From the NCBI RefSeq assembly GCF_006345805.1, contig NC_043005.1, positions 19,406,001-19,470,000 of the forward strand: DNA of 64,000 nt, read 5' to 3'. Positions 14,544 to 27,717 of the stretch are shown here, in pieces. The number at the start of each line of letters is the position of its first letter. The first letter of the stretch is position 1. Position numbers and translations under genes: made by a program. The notes beneath the pieces are model-generated. The model was not told the origin of the DNA, made no database searches, and saw nothing but the letters and a program-made list of their open reading frames with translations. The stretch is from Octopus sinensis (Eukaryota).

Positions 14544-14964
14544 GATTCTGAATACATCATAAATAAACTACCACCTTACGTAGCGAAGACAAACAGACAA
14601 CTGCTCACTCCGGCCAAGCACATGGAATGTTTATAAATCATATATCCGGTAAATGGTGGGCTTCTTTACGAACTGCATGTCGGTAATGAAAAGTATTTCG
14701 GAATAAGTTAACAATTAAGGATAATCTCTTAATAAGGGATCTTAACAAGAAATTATCGGGTAGCTAGCGTGAAAACCTCATAAAAGAAAAGAATTCGAAA
14801 ATAATTTTTTTCTTTTGAACAAATTAATTATATCTATATTGTATAAAGGGCATTATTACACATAAATGCCTCACACTAGGAGGGACAAAGTCATTACTAC
14901 CAAAATTATACTAATCATACCCAAATGCAGTTTTTCAAAGCAAGACATTTAAAAATATGAATTT

Positions 14965-15023
14965 AGTTCTGTATCACCGTGATTTCACATTCAACTTTAC
15001 GTCTAATGATCGTCAGCAGAACT
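14965..15023 (-). ncRNA. Hammerhead ribozyme, array A copy 3
   Basis: Same sequence as 14001-14059. Confidence 0.85.
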
Positions 15024-15447
15024 GATTCTGAATACATCATAAATAAACTACCAACCTTACGTAGCGAAGACAAACAGACAACTGCTCACTCCGGCCAAGC
15101 ACATGGAATGTTTATAAATCATATATCCGGTAAATGGTGGGCTTCTTTACGAACTGCATGTCGGGTAATGAAAAGTATTTCGGAATAAGTTTAACAATTA
15201 AGGATAATCTCTTAATAAGGGATCTTAACAAGAAATTATCGGGTAGCTAGCGTGAAAACCTCATAAAAGAAAAGAATTCGAAAATAATTTTTTTTCTTTT
15301 GAACAAATTAATATATCTATATTGTATAAAGGGCATTATTACACATAAATGCCTCACACTAGGAGGGACAAAGTCATTACTACCAAAATTATACTAATCA
15401 TACCCAAATGCAGTTTTTCAAAGCAAGACATTTAAAAATATGAATTT

Positions 15448-15506
15448 AGTTCTGTATCACCGTGATTTCACATTCAACTTTACGTCTAATGATCGTCAGC
15501 AGAACT
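15448..15506 (-). ncRNA. Hammerhead ribozyme, array A copy 4
   Basis: Same sequence as 14001-14059. Confidence 0.85.
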
Positions 15507-15886
15507 GATTCTGAATACATCATAATAAACTACCACCTTACGTAGCGAAGACAAACAGACAACTGCTCACTCCGGCCAAGCACATGGAATGTTTATAAAT
15601 CATATATCCGGTAAATGGTGGGCTTCTTTACGAACTGCATGTCGGGTAATGAAAAGTATTTGGGTATGATTAGTATAATTTTGGTAGTAATGACTTTGTC
15701 CCTCCTAGTGTGAGGCATTTATGTGTAATAATGCCCTTTATACAATATAGATATAATTAATTTGTTCAAAAGAAAAAAATTATTTTCGAATTCTTTTCTT
15801 TTATGAGGTTTTCACGCTAGCTACCCGATAATTTCTTGTTAAGATCCCTTATTAAGAGATTATCCTTAATTGTTAAACTTATATAA

Positions 15887-15918
<32 letters not shown>

Positions 15919-15940
15919 ATACATATATATGTATATATAT

Positions 15941-16435
15941 ATGACCAGATCTTATACATAAGATCTGGTCATCAAATCTAAGTAGAGATTTTAAACTTAA
16001 AATCTTCAAACCCACAGTCGAACCAGTTCTACTATATGGCTCAGAAACCTGGACGTTATCAAAGAAGCTTGACAGGCGGTTGGATGGAACTTACACTCGC
16101 CTCCTTATGAAAGCTCAAAAATCTCTCGTGGAAGCGACATCCAACCAAAGTACAAATATATGGGAAACTACCGCCTGCATCATCTCTTGTGAAAGGTAGA
16201 AGAGTCCAGTTTGCTGGACATTGTTGTAGAACTGAAAACAAAGCAATTTCTACTCTTCTCCTCTGGAAGCCATCTACTCGCGATACCAGAGGGCGCACAC
16301 TCTCCTACCCTGATGTAATCTCCAGGGGATACAGGCATCCAACAACAGGACCTCTGTAATGCTATGATGGACCGTGAAGTCTGGCGTAGCATAGTAAATT
16401 CCATTGTCTTGACCACGGTAGAACAATGATGAATG
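15941..16435 (+). mobile_element. 5'-truncated RTE-clade LINE 3' fragment, same family as 20925-22305
   Basis: Closely matches 21826-22305 and ends in an (ATGA)/(ATG)n tail; the supplied minus-strand ORFs here are antisense shadows. Confidence 0.85.
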
Positions 16436-17589
16436 AATGATGATATATATATATATATTATACAAATAATATATATATATGCATATATACATACATATAT
16501 GTGCATACTTACATATATGTGTATATATACATGCATATATGGGTACAGGACGTCATAAAACGTAAACAACATGAAATACAAAGACAAACTTTTGTATATG
16601 AAAAAAAGGAAGGAAAAGACAAGTAACATACTTCACTATATATTTTTTTAGTACCAATCCAACAAGGCCATCTTCGTCTTTTGTCTGAGAATTGCAGCTG
16701 TAACTAATTGCCTTAAAACGACAAAGCAAGTTTTCTGATGTTAGATTGACAAAACATGTAGTACTTGAATCCTTCCAAGGTACTGAAGGCTGAAGTTCCT
16801 GCTCCAAGAACAGGAGTCCTTTTAATCCAAAAGCGGTAGTAGAAGAGATGCCAAATATGAATGAGTTTTGTGGCAGTTGTTTATCATGTAGAAGTTGTAG
16901 ATGACAAAAAGATAGATGTTCACATTTTCTCCAAATTTTCACGAAATATTCATATATGGATATACGTACACACTTATTCATTTTCTATGTTATTTTTGTG
17001 AGATATGTTTTAAGTCTTTTCCTCTGCAAGTATCAATTTTGTCAGTAACAAAATGGTAAGGCATTTTTGCTTACGCAGCACTTTGGAGTTTCGGTATATG
17101 TAACTTGGCTAGAGTGTGTCTATATGCAAGTGTGTGAGTCTATATGTATTTGTGTCTGTGCGCGTACGTGTGTGTATGTTTGTGTATGAGTATATGTATT
17201 CCACATCTGTATGTGATTGTGCCCATGCTTTCATGACACCAGTAACTGAATGTGTTAGCAGAATACAATATTGAAGAATTAAAAACACTCTAGCCTTATC
17301 ATTAGTTCTCTGTAGATGTTCACGCTTTCTCTAATTTTTCACGAAATATTCAAATCCATAAGGCAACTGACCTCTACACAAGTGCATTATTTTTGCTCCC
17401 TGTTTCTCTTATGTTCAAACCTAGTTGATACAAAGAGCATTGCAGAAACGTTTGAGACATTTTAATAGAGGCAATTATAACTGTCCTAGATTATTGTAAT
17501 TTCAGCATATCATTACTACACAACAGACCTACCAATTTATGTTATTACAGACTGAAGAAAACGGCTGAAACTGCACTTTTAGCACACTC

Positions 17590-18725
17590 TGCTAAACACT
17601 TCTTGACTCGGCTGAATAGCTTACAGAATGCGGTCGGGACCTGAAGGCAATATGAAAACTCGTTAAGCAATAAAGTTTTGTATTAAACTGAACAAATATG
17701 CTAGAGAAACTTATGAAATGCTCCAAATTGCTTTTGGATTAATTTGAATGAGCCGAGCATGTTTTCCTTGGTACAAGAGGTTCAAGGACGGTAGAGAGGG
17801 TACGAGAGATAATGAGAGGTATAAGAGGGAGAGGAACATCAGAACATGAGAGCTGGTTGAAAAAATTCGCAATTTTCTTGATGTGCCGTGTGTCTATACA
17901 GACAATAAGAATAGAGTTTGAGGTTGTTGTGGCTACTGAACACAGAATTATTCATGAAGATCAGAACGTGTTCAGAATTTGTACAAAGTTTGTTCTCAGA
18001 GTAATCAGTGATAAACAAAAGGGAAGAAGCGTTGGTGACAGCAGGGAGATGATTGAGCTAATTACCTTCAATCCAACTGTACTTGTGTCCCTAGTGACTA
18101 GTGACGGAAGTTAGATCTACTTCTATGATCCAGAGATCAGGAGAAAGAGTGCCCAGTGGAAGCATCTTGGCTATCCTAAGGCCCAAGAAGGTTAGTCTAA
18201 CAAGTCCATCGGGAATCTCACGTTAATCCTGTTTTTCGACAGCAAAAGCATCATCTGCATCCACTGGCTTCGTCCTTGCCAGACGGTCAACAAAGAATGC
18301 TTAGTGGAGGTTTTAGGCAGTTCAGGAAAAGATTTCGTCGCAAAAGGCCAGAGCACCTGCACCAGGACAATGCACCAGTCTACGGTTCCATCCTGGTAAC
18401 CAAGCACTTGATAACGATTGACATCAAAACCGCTCTTATCCTCCCCACAATCCAGATTTTGCTCTTTGTGACGTTTGACTGCTTTACAAGCTGAAGGAGA
18501 ACCACAGAGGTAGTCGTTTTGAAAATATAAAGATGAAGGAGGCTGTGTCAAGGGTCCTTGACACTTTGTATTTGGAGGACTTCCATGGGGCCTTCACGCA
18601 GTAGCTGGAGCTTTACAATATGTACATAGGAGTTAGAGGATCGTACTTTGAAGGTAATTAAAGTTTTGCACTTCTTTGAAATTAATAAATGTCACTCCTT
18701 CAAGAAAACTTCTGGAATGCAGGTG
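17590..18725 (+). mobile_element. Decayed mariner transposase
   Basis: Motifs IKFCIKLNK..ETYEML, W.KRFKDGRE, YDPE, RKRPEHLHQDNAPV and SYFEGN, with stops and frameshifts. Confidence 0.85.
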
Positions 18726-19352
18726 AATTCATTATTTTTAAAATGTCCAGGATTTTTCTTTATTTTTTAAGGTGTACATACATTCTGGTGCCTTTGGTAT
18801 AGCTATCAGGATAATCCTTCCAGTGAATAGGCTTATAGATGGTTTTAGAAGCAATGCCGTGTCTCTTGATAAGATAGTAACTAGCGTTGATATTTTAGCA
18901 TCTGATAATCTGGGGGATTCCTTTCATACTGTTTGAGGCAAACTTCTTTTTCAATCAGAACGTGGAGTTCTTGTAGCATTCTTATCTTTCTTGTTGATAA
19001 AATATTTAGTAGTTATAACTCATGTCTTTTAGTGAATAAAACTATAATCTTCTGGATGAGATGTAATGTATGTATCAGAGATCTAGGAGGAGCTATTATT
19101 ACCTATACATGACTAGGATGATGAATATTTCTCCTCCATATTTCGGCATAAGAAAATGGCTGGTTATTGTAACTGCTTCTTACAAATATGCGAATTGACA
19201 GGGTATCAGTCATTCTTCACCGTTTTCATGCTGTCAATCGAGTATGTTTTCCTAACACTTTTTGTAGAATTGATGTAGGCCTCAATTAATCTCGGACATC
19301 TAATGAAATTTCTCTCGATAGCTGACCCTGTTGTCCTGTATTAACATGGTAT

Positions 19353-19665
19353 AATTCATGTCCGGTAAGTCCACCATTATCAATTCACCGCAGGGTAAGT
19401 TCACTGTCATCAATTCACCGTTTATTGTTATAATACTTCTTTTTCAATGAAATACTTTTTAACTGTTAATGGTGACATACCATGGATATATTTTCTCGGT
19501 AAACTTTCCTCGCATGTGAAATTTCCTGTCGGTGAACTTTCTTCACGTTGAATTGATGGCGGTGAACTTTCTTCACGGTGAGTTGATGGTGGTGACCTTT
19601 CTTCAAGGTGATTTGATGGCAGTGAACTTTTCCTGCGGGGAATCGATAGCAGTGAGCTTGCCTGT
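19353..19665. repeat. 30-bp minisatellite present as two arrays in opposite orientation
   Basis: Unit about GATGGCGGTGAACTTTCTTCACGGTGAGTT repeated at about 19530-19660; reverse-complement units at about 19353-19421. Confidence 0.6.
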
Positions 19666-20265
19666 AATAGGTATATTTAGAAATATTCCAGGTGTTGAGT
19701 TTCAATTGATTTTCACCACTTGATCATCGTTATGACATTCCCCAAAAGGACACTTATGTCTTTGAAGATAACCATTTTCTACAGCCTTGTGTTAATTGCA
19801 AAGGTTTTAAGGGCCAATATTCATTGCACAAAAGATGTACAGTCTCTTATGCCGAAGTAACTGAAATGTACGCCATATATTCATCCGTGCATATGTAAAT
19901 GCTTGTGAGTGTATGCACGAATATATATATACATATATGTATGCATATATATTTAAGTAAAACAGAAAAATGGAGATAGAATTGATGAATAACAATTGAT
20001 TTACATCAAGTATCATTTAATTACAAAATTTCTGTCTTTTTGTAAATCCATTGTAAATCCATTGTTCTTCATCAATTTTATCTCCTTTTTCTGCTTTCCT
20101 TGAATATCGATTAACTTCAGTTTATTCTTGTCATTACCTATCATTTATGAGCATTAATACCAATGCTCATGACTAAATATACACAATACACCAGTGGATT
20201 CATTGAATACAAGTGTCCCTTAGACGGTTGTTATGACCTCTAACTTAACTCCCTATATATATATA

Positions 20266-20357
<92 letters not shown>

Positions 20358-20431
20358 CATATACATATATATATGTATATATATATGTACATATATATGT
20401 ATATATATATATGTGTGCGTGTGTATGTGTA

Positions 20432-20695
20432 GAGGAATTTGGCCTAGTGGTTAGAGCAGGAGTTTCGCGGTTGATGGATCGCGGGTTCTAAACTCAGACC
20501 GTGTAATGTGTGTGTTTATGACCGAAACACCTAAGGTCCACGCGGTTCTTTCGCCACAACTTTCTCTCACTCTTTCCTCCTGCATCTTGCAGCTCACCTG
20601 AGACGGACCGGCGTCCCGTCCAGGTGGGGAACCTATACGCCAAGTAAACAGATAAACCGGCCCTATGAGCCAGGCATGGCTCGAGAAGGAACAAA
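20432..20695 (+). mobile_element. tRNA-derived SINE
   Basis: GGCCTAGTGGTTAGAGC (A box) and GGGTTCTAAACTC (B-box-like) followed by a SINE body. Confidence 0.65.
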
Positions 20696-20924
20696 CATAT
20701 ATATGTATATATACATATATTTATATATTAGAGGGAAATCACAATGTGGACACCCATATGCTAGAAATAGATCCGCTACGATCTCACCACTAAGCAATGT
20801 TCTCAAGAAAACACCTAAGGTCCACGCGGTATACATGTATACATGTTTCACTATCAACAAATTACGTAATTGTGCGTAGATCATCGGCACGACCGTCCAA
20901 GGCGAATACTATATATATATAGTA

Positions 20925-22305
20925 GGTTAACCTCTGCAACCACACACTTTCCACCTTTGTCGCTCCAGAGATTTGGCACCAATCTCAAATCATTCCAATA
21001 CCCAAAAAAGGCGATTTGTCCCTCGTCACCAACTACAGGGGCATATCTCTAATGTCAATTGCTGCAAAACTGTACAACAAACTGATCCTAAATCGTCTTG
21101 TCCTTTTTGTTGAACCTTTGCTCCGAAAGAACCAAAATGGATTCAGACATGGGCGCTCAACGCTGAGCCAGATACTATGCCTGCGCAGACTTATTGAAGA
21201 ATCAAAGCATTTAATCGCGATCTTGCAATGGTATTTGTAGACTTTTCTAAAGCGTTCGATTCTGTAGATAGGTACAAGATGTTTGAAATCCTTAAGCTCT
21301 ATGGGATACCAGACAAAATTATTTCTGCCATCAAGGTCCTCTACACAGATACGTCTTCAACCATCTTAACCCCTGATGGAGAAACATCATCTTTCTCGAT
21401 CGAGGCCGGAATACTGCAGGGAGACACACTCGCCCCATTTCTTTTCATCATTGTTGTTGATTGTGTGCTACGTATGTCAGTTGATACCATCTCTGGCAAG
21501 AAGAAGTTCCAGACACCCAGCTGAGTACTTGACAGACACTGACTTTGCTGAGACATCGCTCTTATCAGTGATTCTCTCTCCAATGCCCAGTCTCTCTTAC
21601 AATCTCTTGAACAAGCCTCAAATTGTGTAGGTCTTTACCTCAATGAGACCAAAACTGAATACATAAACAAGTGCCTGTCCAACAGTGATTGCATCATCCA
21701 CACTCTCAACAGTGCACCTTTAAATATGGTTTTTGATTACAAATATCTTGGGTCATACATATCATCATCTGGAAAAGACTTTCTAACTAGAAAGGGTATG
21801 GCCTGGTCAGCCTGTAATGACATGCATAAGATCTGGTCATCAAATCTAAGTAGAGACTTCAAACTTGAAATATTCAAAGCCACAGTCGAACCAATCCTAC
21901 TATATGGCTCAGAAACCTGGACGTTATCAAAGAAGCTTGAGAGGCGGTTGGATAGAACCTACACTCGCCTCCTATATGAGAGCTCAAAATCTCTCGTGGA
22001 GGCGCCATCCAACTAAAATGCAAATATATGGGAAATTACCACCTGTGTCATCTCTTGTGAAAGGTAGGAGAGTCCAGTTTGCTGGACATTGTTGTAGAGC
22101 TGAAAAAGAAGTAATTTCTACTCTTCTCCTCTGGAAGCCATCTACTCGCAACACCAGAGGGCGCACACTCTCCTACCCTGATGTAATCTCCAGGGATACA
22201 GGCATCCAGCAACAGGACCTCCGTAATGCTATGATGGACCGTGAAGTCTGGCGCAACATGGTAAATTCCATTGTCTCGACCACGGTCGAACAATGATGAT
22301 GATGA
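20925..22305 (+). mobile_element. 5'-truncated RTE-clade LINE (RT domain to 3' end), frameshifted
   Basis: NYRGISLMSIAAKLYNK, NQNGFR, FVDFSKAFDSV, GILQGDTLAPFLF, YKYLGS, LLYGSETWTL; (ATG)n tail. Confidence 0.92.
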
Positions 22306-22317
22306 TATATATATGTA

Positions 22318-22690
22318 TCGTAGCACTCCGTCGGTTACGACGACGGAGGTTCCAGTTGATCCGATCAACGGAACAGCCTGCTCCTGAAATTAACGTGCAA
22401 GTGGTTGAGTACTCCACGGTCACATGTACCCTTAACGTAGTCCTCGGGGAGATTCAGCGTGACACGGAGTGTGACAAAGATGGCCCTTTAAAATGCAGGT
22501 ACAACAGAAACAGGAAGAAAGAGTGAGAGAAAGTTGTGAAAGAATACAACAGGATTAGCCACTAACCCCTGCCGGAGCCTCGTGGAGCTTTAGGTGTTTT
22601 CGCTCAATAAATACTCACAACGCCCGGTCTGGGAATCGAAACTACGATCCTACGACAGCGAGTCTGCTGCCCTAACCACTGGGTTCCATA
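22318..22690 (-). mobile_element. tRNA-derived SINE; related copies at about 44290-44580, 26750-26920, 30035-30280 and 27808-28135 (+)
   Basis: Minus-strand head CCCAGTGGTTAGGGC..GTTTCGATTCCC with a shared central and 3' domain. Confidence 0.7.
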
Positions 22691-22846
22691 TATATATGGA
22701 ACCCAGTGGTTAGGGCATAAGACATATGGATTAACAAATATATTTTCAATGGCAATAATACTACAATGGTATCCCATATATGTGCATATAGTAGAAAATC
22801 ATAAACTTCTGAGTTCGGAATTACATTCCCCCTCTGTCTCTCCATC

Positions 22847-22914
<68 letters not shown>

Positions 22915-23001
22915 CTCTTTATATAAATGTATGTCTGTGTGTGTGTATTTGTCAATGTACATACATACATACATATATATATATATATGTGTGTGTGGGT
23001 G

Positions 23002-23034
<33 letters not shown>

Positions 23035-23320
23035 AGTGGATTTTTATGTATCTTGGGTAATCCGTAGAGTAGACTGGAACTGTATTTGAAATTGGATAGA
23101 TAGTCAATTTCACGTGTTGTAAGACCCTTTCCATGAGTTGGAGTAGGGAGGATAAATTTTTCAGTGTCTCTGTGGGTTGTAATATGTTAGTTTTTCATAG
23201 TAAGTGTTATTTTCGAACATGGAAAGTATCAAATTTTTGTAGTACTCTGTATCCTTAATACTACCGCACTTCCTTTGTCGGCTTCTTTAGTAGTGAGGTT
23301 TATGTAATTTTTTAGCTCAT
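23035..23320 (-). pseudogene. Penelope-like RT N-terminal fragment between inverted repeats
   Basis: Hand translation gives TTKEADKGSAVVL..DTEYYK and YGLPKIHK, the PLE signature motifs KADKG and YGLPKIHK. Confidence 0.85.
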
Positions 23321-23325
23321 ATCCA

Positions 23326-23364
<39 letters not shown>

Positions 23365-23375
23365 TATATATATAG

Positions 23376-23457
<82 letters not shown>

Positions 23458-23531
23458 GTATATATGTACACACACACATATATATATGTATGTATGTATG
23501 TACATTGACAAATACACACACACAGACATAC

Positions 23532-23570
<39 letters not shown>

Positions 23571-24301
23571 GAGGGAGAGACAGAGGGGGAACGTAATTCC
23601 GAACTCAAAAGTTTATGATTTTCTACTATATGCACATATATGGGATACCATTGTAGTAGTATTGCCATTGAAAATATATTTGTTAATCCATATGTCTTCC
23701 AGTTTATATTTTCCTCTCTATCTACCTTGACGCCTACACACCATTTAATCAAAGGATATATCTAAACAGACAATTATTAAACAGACATCATCCAAGCTAG
23801 GAAAATTGTGCTTTCACATACGGTAAACCATACTGAATAGAATGACGCTGATGTGTGAGCATCTGTGACTGTGTGAGTGCGTTAGACTGTAAGTGTATGT
23901 ATTACAGTATGTGAGTATGTATGTGTAAGAACAATGGTATATAATTATACCTGTATATATGTGTGTACACATTCGCGTATGTATTTATTTACATACATAG
24001 AGAGAAGGAGGAAGGTATAACGTACATCGATTTATACATACATATAAATACAGTGTACATTTAAACACAAAAGAGGTATCCATCATAGGACTACCTGCAC
24101 GCTAGAGAGGACAGTTCAATTCCAAACCACTATTAGGGATAAAATTTCGAATGGAATGAAAAATAAAAATATTTACCATCTAACTATACGCAAGGCCAGT
24201 GGTAATGGAAATTTCTAATAGTTCAGATTACCCTTTTGATATTATTATTTATACATACATATATACATATATATGTATATATGTGTGTGTGTGTGTGTAT
24301 G

Positions 24302-24360
<59 letters not shown>

Positions 24361-24542
24361 CGTGTATGTATGTGCCTATGTATATATACATGCATATATG
24401 GGTACAGGACATAAAAAAAACGTTGAACACAATGAGAAACGAAAACATAAACACAAAAACATAGAAATGAACTTTTTTTATCGAACAGCGAAAACAGCAG
24501 AGAAATGCGACATGTAACATAAAGACTATTTCCCTAATATAT

Positions 24543-24592
<50 letters not shown>

Positions 24593-24803
24593 ATATTATA
24601 TATATATATATATTATATATATATACTTATTATATATATATAACAATAGGGTAATAAGAATTATTACTACCAGTGGCCTAGCACAAAAATGAATTAATCA
24701 TTAGACTAAATATTATTCACGTAGAAATACAATAAGAGGCTTCCAAATAGGAAAGTTTTACATGTGGATCTGGCTGTGTTGTGTATTTGAAATCAAAAGG
24801 CTG

Positions 24804-24872
24804 TCCCACTGATGAAACTGGCCTTCAGCAAATATTGCTTTGATGGAAATAGTTTGAAACCATGGTCTGGGA
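24804..24872 (+). ncRNA. Minimal type I hammerhead ribozyme in a pLTR-like insert (24640-24985)
   Basis: TCCCA-CTGATGA-AACT..AGTTT-GAAA-CCATGG-TC|TGGGA; palindromic ACCATGGT stem III, GUC site. Confidence 0.8.
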
Positions 24873-24996
24873 AATAATTGAGATGGTAAACATTTTTAAT
24901 TTTCCTTCCGTTCGAAAATTTATCCTTATTTGGTGGTTTTGAGTTTTCTACTGCTCTTTCTAGCACAAGTCTTTCCTATTGGGAAGCCTCTTATTG

Positions 24997-25041
<45 letters not shown>

Positions 25042-26016
25042 CGAGAGAGAGAGAGATATAAATAGTCAAATAGCCTCACACACACATATACACACCCAGT
25101 ATACACGCATACAATAGCATCATGCACAAACACTTACTTTGTGCGACAGCCCTATACATATACACATAAAGAGAAAATAATATTACACATACGCACAGGT
25201 ATACACTCACACACACTTATTCACTCACACACACGCGCAACATACACAATATAGACTCATACATACAACGAGCGCTTCCACACCCACGCATCTAATAGTC
25301 TCATACACACATGCATAAGTCAGATAGTTTCGCACGCGTATATACACGCATCAACACACAGAGTACACATTACTGCATACGCGCACATACAATGCACGCA
25401 CATACACAAGCACACATTGGCTTCATATACACATGTGCTTCCTCACATATAGATGCTCACGCGCGCCAATACAGACATGCACACGCAAACTTTAGCTTTT
25501 TATATACACTCGTTCTTGCCCAAATACATATGCCAGGTCGCTGTTGTCTCCTTGACCATCCACGCCTGTGCCCAATTCTCTTCTGGTCATTCTGGATGAG
25601 ATGACCATTTAATGCAGGCACTGTGTACGGATACATATGTATATCCGTACACACACACACATACATATTACAGTAGTGTTGTTTTCATGCAGCAGTGTCT
25701 CATATATACATATATACATACACACACACACATATATGTGTGTGTATGTGTGTATGTATGTATATAATGGATGAGATGACCGTTTAATGCTGATACTTTT
25801 GCTTCTTCTCTCTATCTGTCTTCTCTCTGTCTTTCTTCTCTCCTCATATGTCCTTTCTGCAGAAGAGCGTATACTTGAAACATTAGAAACATCTTCCAGT
25901 TTTCCTGGTGTCAACTTAATATATCATATTACTATTTTTACCACGTCTTCGAATTTTATTATTTTTGTATTTCTGTATAATATATCTTTATTTTCTACGT
26001 TTCAGTCATATATATA

Positions 26017-26246
26017 TATTTCTTTACTACCCACAAGGGGCCAAACATAGAGGGGACAAACAAGGACAGACAAGCGGATTAAGTCGATTACATCGACCCA
26101 GTGCGAAACTGGTACTTTATTTATCGACCCCGAGAGGATGAAAGGCAAAGTTGACCTCGACGGAATTTGAACTCAGAACGTAACGACAGACGAAATACCG
26201 CTAAGCATTTCGCCCAGCGTGCTAACGTTTCTGCCAGCTCGCCGCC
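26017..26246 (-). mobile_element. tRNA-derived SINE, about 230 bp; other copies at 39021-39225 (+), 42410-42545, 42700-42930 (+), 47000-47635 (x3)
   Basis: Head GGCGGCGAGCTGGCAGAAACGTTAGCAC..GAGTTCAAATTCC; multiple copies in the window. Confidence 0.85.
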
Positions 26247-26303
26247 TTGCCATGGTTGAATTGAATTTTTCCTTTTCAGTTTTATATAACACACAGATGA
26301 CAT

Positions 26304-26403
26304 NNNNNNNNNNNNNNNNNNNNNNNNNNNNNNNNNNNNNNNNNNNNNNNNNNNNNNNNNNNNNNNNNNNNNNNNNNNNNNNNNNNNNNNNNNNNNNNNN
26401 NNN
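26304..26403. other. Assembly gap (100 N)
   Basis: Seen directly. Confidence 1.
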
Positions 26404-27669
26404 AGGAACATAAACCTTCTTCCACAAAAAGATAGCTTAAAACTGTGCTCTAAATGGAGGTGTAGTCAAATCCTATTTTATGGACTCAACCATGTTCTAA
26501 AATATGTCGAAAGGTAAGCTACTATAAATCGGCACAAACTTTCTGGACAACTCAATACTTGTCTGAATGAAAAAGGAAACGTCGCAAGAGCTATTAACAG
26601 ATACCGGCGTAATATCACCATAATTTATCCTTCAACCAGGCTGTTGATTATCATACGTCACCATGAACACTACTCAGTATACACATAGAAATATACACAT
26701 ATAGGTATAATAACATAACTACACGAACATGTACATACAGGTATATATATATAACCTGCACTTAATCGACTACGACGACGAGGATTTCAATTGATCCGAT
26801 CATCGAAACGGCTCACTCGCGAAATTGATTTACAATTGGCAGAGCAAGTCACAGATACGTGCACAATTAACGTAGTTACCAGGGAGATTCACTGAATGAC
26901 ACAACGCTGTTCCATTGAAATACAAGTATGGTTTATCCTTTATATTGGAAATCTATATGGTCGTCTGCAACTGAGGAGGTCGGTTTCTTTCAAATTGATG
27001 CAATGTTTTCATTGATCGATTAAATGGAGCTGCTTGAAACGGACGTAGTGCATTGATACCTGGACATCCTTGTTATTTATTTTCTTTTTATTCACCTGAC
27101 TTAGAGCTGCGCGGTCTATACCAAACTGGCTTGGTGTCCTGAATTAAGTACTTAATTCAACTGAATCTAAATTATATATATATAATTTTTTCCACTCTTT
27201 TTACTTTTTTCTCTCTCTTTTTTCCCTCTTCCTTCTTTTTTCTCTCTTTCTTCCACTCAATTTTCTCTTTCTGTTTTCATTTTGACTTATCTCTTCATTC
27301 TAATCATACACATCTCCTCCACCACCACCACACAATCTATCCACAATACTACCAATGTATTCTCAAATTTTCATTCACACCACAAAACCCTTCAGATTGA
27401 GCAACACAGAATCTACGGCTCCATACTTTGAAATGACTAAACATGAACTGCTATTGGATCTTACATACCATGTACAACAAACTATTTTTACCACTTCTAT
27501 ACACCATTTTCCTTGAATAATGGAACTGCGACTACGATATCTTTATATATTCTATATTTTATTTCTACTTTCATTCTCTTATTTCCCTCTATATTACCTA
27601 TATCTTCATTTTCCATAATAATTCCTTATTTCGAACTCAAATATTTACTTCTATTTAATATCTCATATC

Positions 27670-27717
27670 GTCTCTGATGAAGGGATATCCATAATATCCC
27701 AGAAACAGCTGTAAGAC
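27670..27717 (+). ncRNA. Minimal type I hammerhead ribozyme in a PLE 3'-end remnant (about 27300-27790)
   Basis: GTCT-CTGATGA-A GGGATA..TATCCC A-GAAA-CAGCTG-TA|AGAC; stem I extends to ATAT/ATAT; palindrome ACAGCTGT; GUA site. Confidence 0.85.

Larger units (their letters stand above)
13865..15882 (-). repeat. Tandem array of a 480-484 bp HHR-bearing unit (about 3.7 copies) plus an inverted 225 bp segment (array A)
   Basis: Units recur at about 13865, 14349, 14829 and 15312 and differ by eye mainly in 1-nt indels; 15658-15882 is the reverse complement of unit sequence; AT-rich dinucleotide tracts on both sides. Confidence 0.95.

Noticed and set aside
13865-15660. CRISPR-like or host satellite interpretation of the arrays
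   Set aside because: No unique spacers or cas genes, eukaryotic context, and a dispersed diverged relative exists at 49935.
16553-16981. 142-aa minus-strand ORF
   Set aside because: No recognisable domain or convincing splice sites, and it ends in repeat sequence.
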